UHGV virus genome: UHGV-1672213
Length of the DNA stretch: 12,748 nucleotides
Source of the DNA: a virus
Strand: one strand, 5' to 3'
Shown: positions 8,872-12,748 of the stretch, in pieces
How the letters are laid out: the number at the start of each line of letters is the position of its first letter
Position numbering within the stretch: the first letter of the stretch is position 1
Notes under the pieces: generated by a model
What the model was told of the DNA's origin: nothing
What the model saw: only the letters and a program-made list of their open reading frames with translations
Database searches by the model: none
Translations under genes and position numbers: made by a program

Positions 8872-9246
8872 TTATTCCGGTCGCTGGAGTTGCTCATGAT
8901 GATACAGAGCGAGAATCAGGTCATAAGACCCTTGCCTGTCTTTGTAACCAGTTTTATCAACCAATTCAGCTTTACTGATTCCGGGTAAATCAAGAATCAG
9001 ATTCGCAACTTCAATTGCCCTTTGGTACAACTTACCGCCCTTTTTCTCCCCATGCAGTGGTTTTACATTCTTCAGGTAACCGCTATCCGCCAGGGCGAGA
9101 AATGTTGCCCTTGGGCATATCTTCTTTCTTGACGATTCGCTTTCTGTAACCTCTGCGACAGCTGCATCCCATGCATCACGAGGAGTCATTGAGCTATCAG
9201 CCACCAAATGATAAGCGATTAAAGCAACGTGAGCGTATTGAGACAT
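8872..9246 (-). CDS. Hypothetical cytoplasmic protein (124 aa), cargo island
   Basis: ATG at 9244-9246; no signal peptide or TM; AT-rich context; family not recognised. Confidence 0.55.
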   Translation of the reverse strand: MSQYAHVALIAYHLVADSSMTPRDAWDAAVAEVTESESSRKKICPRATFLALADSGYLKNVKPLHGEKKGGKLYQRAIEVANLILDLPGISKAELVDKTGYKDRQGSYDLILALYHHEQLQRPE

Positions 9247-9284
9247 AATGCATCCATATACAAAAATCTAATGATAAGACTTTT

Positions 9285-9728
9285 CTAATATGAACACTGT
9301 GATCTCACATATTCTTGCAGGCCATTCAATTGGTTAGTTATGGTTTCGATGCGCTCTCTGAGAACGAAATAATCCCGTTGAGCGGTGTCAGTAAGTCTGG
9401 GGCTGGAAGCATCATCCACGCCGGAGGCGGCGGTGGTTTTATGCTTGTCCGGACAGACTGCTTTGACGTGCAGCCACTTACGACCAGCAGAAACATCAGC
9501 ACGAAGACTTTCGATAGTCGCGTTAGCATCAGCAAGCTCCTTTGTGTATCTGGCGTCGAGTTCTGCTACATCACGTTGACGCTTCTGCATATCAGCGATG
9601 ATGGATGTGGCTTTATCGCGCTGTTCTTTGTAGGTAATGGCGTTATCACGGTAATGATTAACAGCCCATGACAGGCAGACGATGATGCAGATAACAAGAG
9701 CGGAGATAATCGCGGTGACTCTGCTCAT
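9285..9728 (-). CDS. Rz: i-spanin Rz
   Basis: N-terminus [34 protein letters not shown] matches lambda Rz from memory; TM anchor plus coiled-coil; ATG overlaps the R stop (ATGA). Confidence 0.9.
   Translation of the reverse strand: MSRVTAIISALVICIIVCLSWAVNHYRDNAITYKEQRDKATSIIADMQKRQRDVAELDARYTKELADANATIESLRADVSAGRKWLHVKAVCPDKHKTTAASGVDDASSPRLTDTAQRDYFVLRERIETITNQLNGLQEYVRSQCSY
9338..9529 (-). CDS. Rz1: o-spanin Rz1 lipoprotein, embedded in Rz in the +1 frame
   Basis: Lipobox LLVVSGC, proline run PPPPPAW and LNGIIS as in lambda Rz1. Start placed at ATG 9527-9529 (SD AAGGAG 7 nt upstream); the track start at 9535 is a TTG. Confidence 0.8.
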   Translation of the reverse strand: MLTRLSKVFVLMFLLVVSGCTSKQSVRTSIKPPPPPAWMMLPAPDLLTPLNGIISFSESASKP

Positions 9729-10201
9729 GCCTCAATCTCTCTTACCGTTCCGCCAGCTTCTTTGAATTTTGCAATCAGGCTGTCAGCCTTATGCTCGAAC
9801 TGACCGTAACCAGCCCCCGGCAGTGAAGCCCAGATATTGCTGCAACGGTCGATAGCCTGACGAATATCGCCGCGATCAATCATTGGTAAAGCGCCACGCT
9901 CTTTAATCTGCTGCAGCGCAACAGCATCCTGGCTTTTCGGAGAGAAGTCTTTCAGGCCAAGCTGCTTACGGTAGGCATCCCACCAACGGGAAAGAAGCTG
10001 GTAGCGTCCGGCGGCTGTTGATTTGAGTTTGGGGTTTAGCGTGACAAGTTTGCGAGGGTGATCGGAGTAATCAGTGAATAGCTCTCCGCCAACAATGACG
10101 TCATAACCATGATTTCTGGTTTTCTGCCGTCCGTTATCCGTTCCTTCTGACCATGCCACCATATCGAGGAAAGCCTTACGCTGAGGATTAAGATTTTGCA
10201 T
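9725..10201 (-). CDS. R: Endolysin, lambda R-type lytic transglycosylase
   Basis: 158 aa, near-identical by recall to lambda R ([54 protein letters not shown]...), including the catalytic Glu in WSEGT. Confidence 0.95.
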   Translation of the reverse strand: MQNLNPQRKAFLDMVAWSEGTDNGRQKTRNHGYDVIVGGELFTDYSDHPRKLVTLNPKLKSTAAGRYQLLSRWWDAYRKQLGLKDFSPKSQDAVALQQIKERGALPMIDRGDIRQAIDRCSNIWASLPGAGYGQFEHKADSLIAKFKEAGGTVREIEA

Positions 10202-10505
10202 TTTTCACCCCTGTCAGTCGTTCCCAGAAGTACGTCAGTGCAACCGAACCCATCGCACCACTAATCCCCGCTGTCGCGAGAATCATGTAAATACTGAATC
10301 CACTTTCGATGCTGATCAGGCCACCAATAACACCGGTGAATCCTGATACCACTATCTGAGCCAGAGCATTTATCCAACTCCACGTTGCTTTACTCTGCTT
10401 CACATCTATCAGGTAGCGGACCAGACCGCCCCAACCTGCGATGATCAGCAAAACGAGCCAGAACGCTCCGGCAAGGCTCTCTTTTTCGTGCATATGAATA
10501 GCCAA
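10188..10505 (-). CDS. Putative holin (3 predicted TM helices), not lambda S-like
   Basis: Immediately upstream of R; 101-105 aa with three hydrophobic segments and a charged C-terminus. Start ambiguous: TTG at 10503-10505 or ATG at 10491-10493, neither with a strong SD. Confidence 0.7.
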   Translation of the reverse strand: MAIHMHEKESLAGAFWLVLLIIAGWGGLVRYLIDVKQSKATWSWINALAQIVVSGFTGVIGGLISIESGFSIYMILATAGISGAMGSVALTYFWERLTGVKNAKS

Positions 10506-10534
10506 TGTTTCGCCGCCGACAAAAGGCCGGGACG

Positions 10535-11032
10535 TTAAATGTCAGAAATCAGACTCACGGGGTAATTTAACGACAAAGCACGGAGTTGAAGATCCCCACA
10601 AGCCTGGAATAAAAAAGCCAGCGACAGGCTGGCAATGTGAGGGTAACGCAAAGTGCTTAGAAACAAAAAAAGGCCGCCATCGGCGACCTTCGAGGTATCT
10701 AGCGTGCTGGATACTTTCAGCTTCGCCTTCAATTCAGCGTTGATTTCTTTCAGGCGATCAACATCGTTTTTAAGTTTTTCAATGTCTTGCCCTTTATTAT
10801 CAAGGTCGCGCTGAAGACCTTTAATAATTTCTGTTTGGGCCGCCTGTACTTCTCGTGTCGTCTGGAGAGACTTATCAATATCATCAACTTGGTTAATCAA
10901 GCGTGTACCGAAAAAGCCTACAACTAACATAGTTATCCCAACCATAAAGTTGAGAACCCAGACTTTTGTTCCGGAAGCAGTGTTTGGAGTTTCGTCGATA
11001 AAGTGCACCTTATGCCAGTTAAAGTTACCCAA
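10535..11032 (-). CDS. Hypothetical membrane-anchored coiled-coil protein; boundaries doubtful
   Basis: N-terminal TM (VWVLNFMVGITMLVVGFFG) followed by a heptad-rich stretch (DIEKLKNDVDRLKEINAELKAKLK). The only in-frame starts are TTG at 11030-11032 or GTG eight codons later, without a clear SD, and the frame reads through two intrinsic terminator hairpins. Confidence 0.3.
   Translation of the reverse strand: MGNFNWHKVHFIDETPNTASGTKVWVLNFMVGITMLVVGFFGTRLINQVDDIDKSLQTTREVQAAQTEIIKGLQRDLDNKGQDIEKLKNDVDRLKEINAELKAKLKVSSTLDTSKVADGGLFLFLSTLRYPHIASLSLAFLFQACGDLQLRALSLNYPVSLISDI
10609..10633 (-). terminator. Intrinsic terminator (distal of a tandem pair upstream of the holin)
   Basis: Minus-strand stem GCCAGC/GCTGGC with 5-nt loop, followed by UUUUUU (plus-strand A run 10611-10616). 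Confidence 0.55.
10662..10688 (-). terminator. Intrinsic terminator (proximal of the tandem pair)
   Basis: Minus-strand stem GGUCGCC/GGCGGCC (7 bp, one G-U) with 3-nt loop, followed by UUUUUUUG (plus-strand A run 10664-10670). Confidence 0.55.
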
Positions 11033-11120
11033 CGTCTGCGCAGATCGTTAGATTCGGCAACATTGTAACTGGATAAGGAATAGAAAACCTTGGAATTTTA
11101 AGAAGAAACTGATTGATCGA

Positions 11121-11210
11121 TTATTTAACGAGCGAACACATCCATACACCCCAGACGGGTACTACGACAAAGGCCATGAAATAAGTAACTTTTGCTTGAA
11201 TGTTTTGCAT
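11121..11210 (-). CDS. Candidate small hydrophobic peptide (29 aa)
   Basis: ATG at 11208-11210 preceded by SD AAGGAAG; translation MQNIQAKVTYFMAFVVVPVWGVWMCSLVK has a single hydrophobic helix and a C-terminal Lys; stop TAA at 11121-11123. Below the ORF-track size cutoff. Confidence 0.35.
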   Translation of the reverse strand: MQNIQAKVTYFMAFVVVPVWGVWMCSLVK

Positions 11211-11395
11211 TTCGCTTCCTTAGCAGTCCGATAAGTACTGTCTGCTCATCCAACCTAACGAATGTAGATCAGAATGACAAGTCTTTCGCGCTAATTTCAA
11301 TTTGATATCTCTTCGTAAACATGATGGCGCGAAATATTACGCATGAAGTGCTTCTACATCAACATAAAAGTTACTTTTTTTGTGTTCACAGCATG

Positions 11396-11425
11396 TAAAG
11401 TAAAAGCCCCGCACGATGGCGAGGC
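11396..11425 (-). terminator. tR'-like intrinsic terminator downstream of the Q gene
   Basis: Minus-strand stem GCCUCGC/GCGGGGC (7 bp, one G-U) with 6-nt loop, followed by UUUUACUUUA. Confidence 0.55.
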
Positions 11426-11479
11426 TGTTAATTCTTTGTCGACCAACAAAGCTATGGCGACGATATCAGATTTACATGA

Positions 11480-11508
11480 AATATAAGCGTTTCAGTTCGG
11501 TTTTGCAA
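11480..11508 (-). promoter_or_regulatory. PR'-like sigma70 late promoter (putative Q engagement region)
   Basis: Minus strand: -35 TTGCAA (11503-11508), 17-nt spacer, -10 TATATT (11480-11485). The -35 overlaps the last Q codons; the predicted start is about 50-75 nt upstream of the tR'-like terminator, matching lambdoid PR'-qut-tR' layout. Confidence 0.45.
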
Positions 11509-12181
11509 GACTTACGTGCAAACTTGTCGCCTTTTGTTGTGAACGTGATCGCGTTACTGAGATAAGCGCACCGCTATCGAGTCGCATAAAGCAGCTACGC
11601 ATTGCCAACCAGTGAGGCAGGTATGTCTCTGTCCAGGTGGATTTCGCCACGCCAACCAGTTCCGCCAGCTTCTGGTATTCGTAGGCATCTTTCCCGACCA
11701 ACCCTGCTTTGACATCCTGCGCTGCCAGCCATATCAGCTTCTTCAGGCGCTCCATGGTCTTGCCTGCCACCCTCTTCGCGCCGAGATACCCCCTGAATTC
11801 AGACCACGCCCACTGGGTGATCGCCACCTGGTATTCAAAGCTGATGTTTTCACTGTAACTCCACAGCAACCACGCTTTCTGATGTTCTTCGAGAGACAGA
11901 ACCGCGCGGCGCCATGAAGATGTTGAGAACTCAACCTGGCTGACCAGTGCAATGGATGAACCTTTTGCGTACGACTGCTTACCGGAAATCGGCGGATTAT
12001 CCAGCGTAATCATCTTGCCCGTTACCTCATCCAGAATGCGCGGCTTCTTTCGTTTATATGTACCAGTATCAAATTGTGCATGCTCCAGCCAGGCTTCAAG
12101 CTGGCCTTTCGTTGCTCCGCTCAAATCAGCAGTAGCCACAATGAGTTGCTCGCGGACATACTGTAAATATTGGGTATTCAT
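11492..12181 (-). CDS. Putative late-gene antiterminator Q (non-lambda type)
   Basis: 229 aa; ATG overlaps the ylcG stop; sits between rusA-ylcG and the lysis genes, the canonical Q position, and is followed by a promoter and terminator. Sequence family not confirmed. Confidence 0.65.
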   Translation of the reverse strand: MNTQYLQYVREQLIVATADLSGATKGQLEAWLEHAQFDTGTYKRKKPRILDEVTGKMITLDNPPISGKQSYAKGSSIALVSQVEFSTSSWRRAVLSLEEHQKAWLLWSYSENISFEYQVAITQWAWSEFRGYLGAKRVAGKTMERLKKLIWLAAQDVKAGLVGKDAYEYQKLAELVGVAKSTWTETYLPHWLAMRSCFMRLDSGALISVTRSRSQQKATSLHVSLAKPN

Positions 12182-12318
12182 GCGGCAGCTCCTTTCAGTG
12201 TTTTGGCGTAATTCTTCAGTATCCGGTAATCGGTCAAAACAGAACCGGGGAAACGATATAAGCGCAGGCGCATCCAGCGGTGGCGAAGACGTTCTGCCAT
12301 ATAAGACTCAAACATCAT
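12178..12318 (-). CDS. ylcG: YlcG-like small protein (46 aa)
   Basis: Translation [46 protein letters not shown]; start overlaps the rusA stop and stop overlaps the Q start (both ATGA); same position as ylcG in the DLP12 nin region. Missed by the ORF track on size. Confidence 0.7.
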   Translation of the reverse strand: MMFESYMAERLRHRWMRLRLYRFPGSVLTDYRILKNYAKTLKGAAA

Positions 12319-12677
12319 TCATTCCCCAGTTCGGTGATGGTCAGCTCCAGCTTCCCACCTTTGGTAACGGGCATCTTCACAACGCGGTAATCAACGACCT
12401 GAGCATCATCCAGCCAGAAACCTGCTTTGGTGAGTGCGTCAAAAGAGGCTTTTTGTAGATTATCCAGGTCACGGCGACGGCGATCCGGCATGTGGCACTC
12501 AATGCGGATTTTCACAGGCATAGCCAGACCGATATCCAGCATTGAGCCTTTAATGATTCGGGCGACGTTATCGCGGTATGCCTGCCCTTCTGCGCTGATG
12601 TGCGTGCGCCCTCGATTATGGCGGTAGTAGCGGTTATTGCTCGGCGGCCAGGGTAGTGTGATGTGGTAAGTATTCAC
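12315..12677 (-). CDS. rusA: Holliday junction resolvase RusA
   Basis: 120 aa, near-identical by recall to E. coli RusA ([36 protein letters not shown]...[10 protein letters not shown]...); GTG start at 12675-12677 overlaps the upstream stop (GTGA). Confidence 0.93.
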   Translation of the reverse strand: MNTYHITLPWPPSNNRYYRHNRGRTHISAEGQAYRDNVARIIKGSMLDIGLAMPVKIRIECHMPDRRRRDLDNLQKASFDALTKAGFWLDDAQVVDYRVVKMPVTKGGKLELTITELGNE

Positions 12678-12748
12678 GCCTTAATAACCCCCTCTTTCAG
12701 CCAGATAACCTGTGTTCTCGCCATACCTTCCAGCGCGCATTCTTTTGC
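12674..12748 (-). CDS. 3' end of a nin-region gene (partial; possibly YbcO/DUF1364-like by synteny)
   Basis: Open frame to the window edge ending ...[24 protein letters not shown], stop TGA at 12674-12676 overlapping the rusA start. Only 24 codons visible, so identity rests on synteny. Confidence 0.4.
   Translation of the reverse strand, partial: AKECALEGMARTQVIWLKEGVIKA

Noticed and set aside
9315-9671. Plus-strand ORFs antisense to Rz/Rz1 (9315-9671, 9385-9579)
   Set aside because: Opposite strand of the Rz/Rz1 pair; no SD; the only embedded gene supported here is Rz1 on the minus strand.
10535-11490. tRNA genes or toxin cargo between Q and the holin, as in some lambdoid prophages
   Set aside because: No cloverleaf-compatible segment was seen by eye; the two hairpins are short stems followed by U-tracts (terminators), and no large cargo ORF is present. 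Not confirmed with a tRNA-scanning tool.
11612-12458. Plus-strand ORFs 11612-11917 and 11952-12458, and minus-strand 11743-11952
   Set aside because: Overlap the Q, ylcG and rusA genes, whose junctions are translationally coupled; no independent start signals.
1-12748. CRISPR arrays, IS elements or attachment-site repeats
   Set aside because: No regularly spaced direct repeats, terminal inverted repeats flanking a transposase, or integrase gene are visible; the window looks internal to the prophage.

Overview
The whole window reads as the late region of a mosaic tailed prophage (enterobacterial by its RusA/YlcG/lambda R-Rz-Rz1 content), with every supportable gene on the minus strand. In transcription order (high to low coordinates): 3' end of a nin-region gene, rusA, ylcG, a Q-like antiterminator, a PR'/tR'-like promoter-terminator pair, an AT-rich island, a lysis cassette (holin, lambda-type R, Rz with embedded Rz1), a second AT-rich cargo island with two small genes, HNH endonuclease, a hairpin-rich gap that may hold cos, terminase small and large subunits, a small membrane protein, portal, prohead protease, HK97-type major capsid, head-tail joining genes, and the start of a tail sheath-like gene. 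Plus-strand ORFs in the track look like antisense artefacts of these genes. The most interesting parts are the two AT-rich islands flanking the lysis cassette, which carry uncharacterised small membrane proteins, a strongly ribosome-binding 29-codon hydrophobic ORF, and an ORF that reads through two intrinsic terminators. All family assignments are from recalled motifs and synteny; no database search was run. GC statements come from hand counts on sample 60-nt stretches only.
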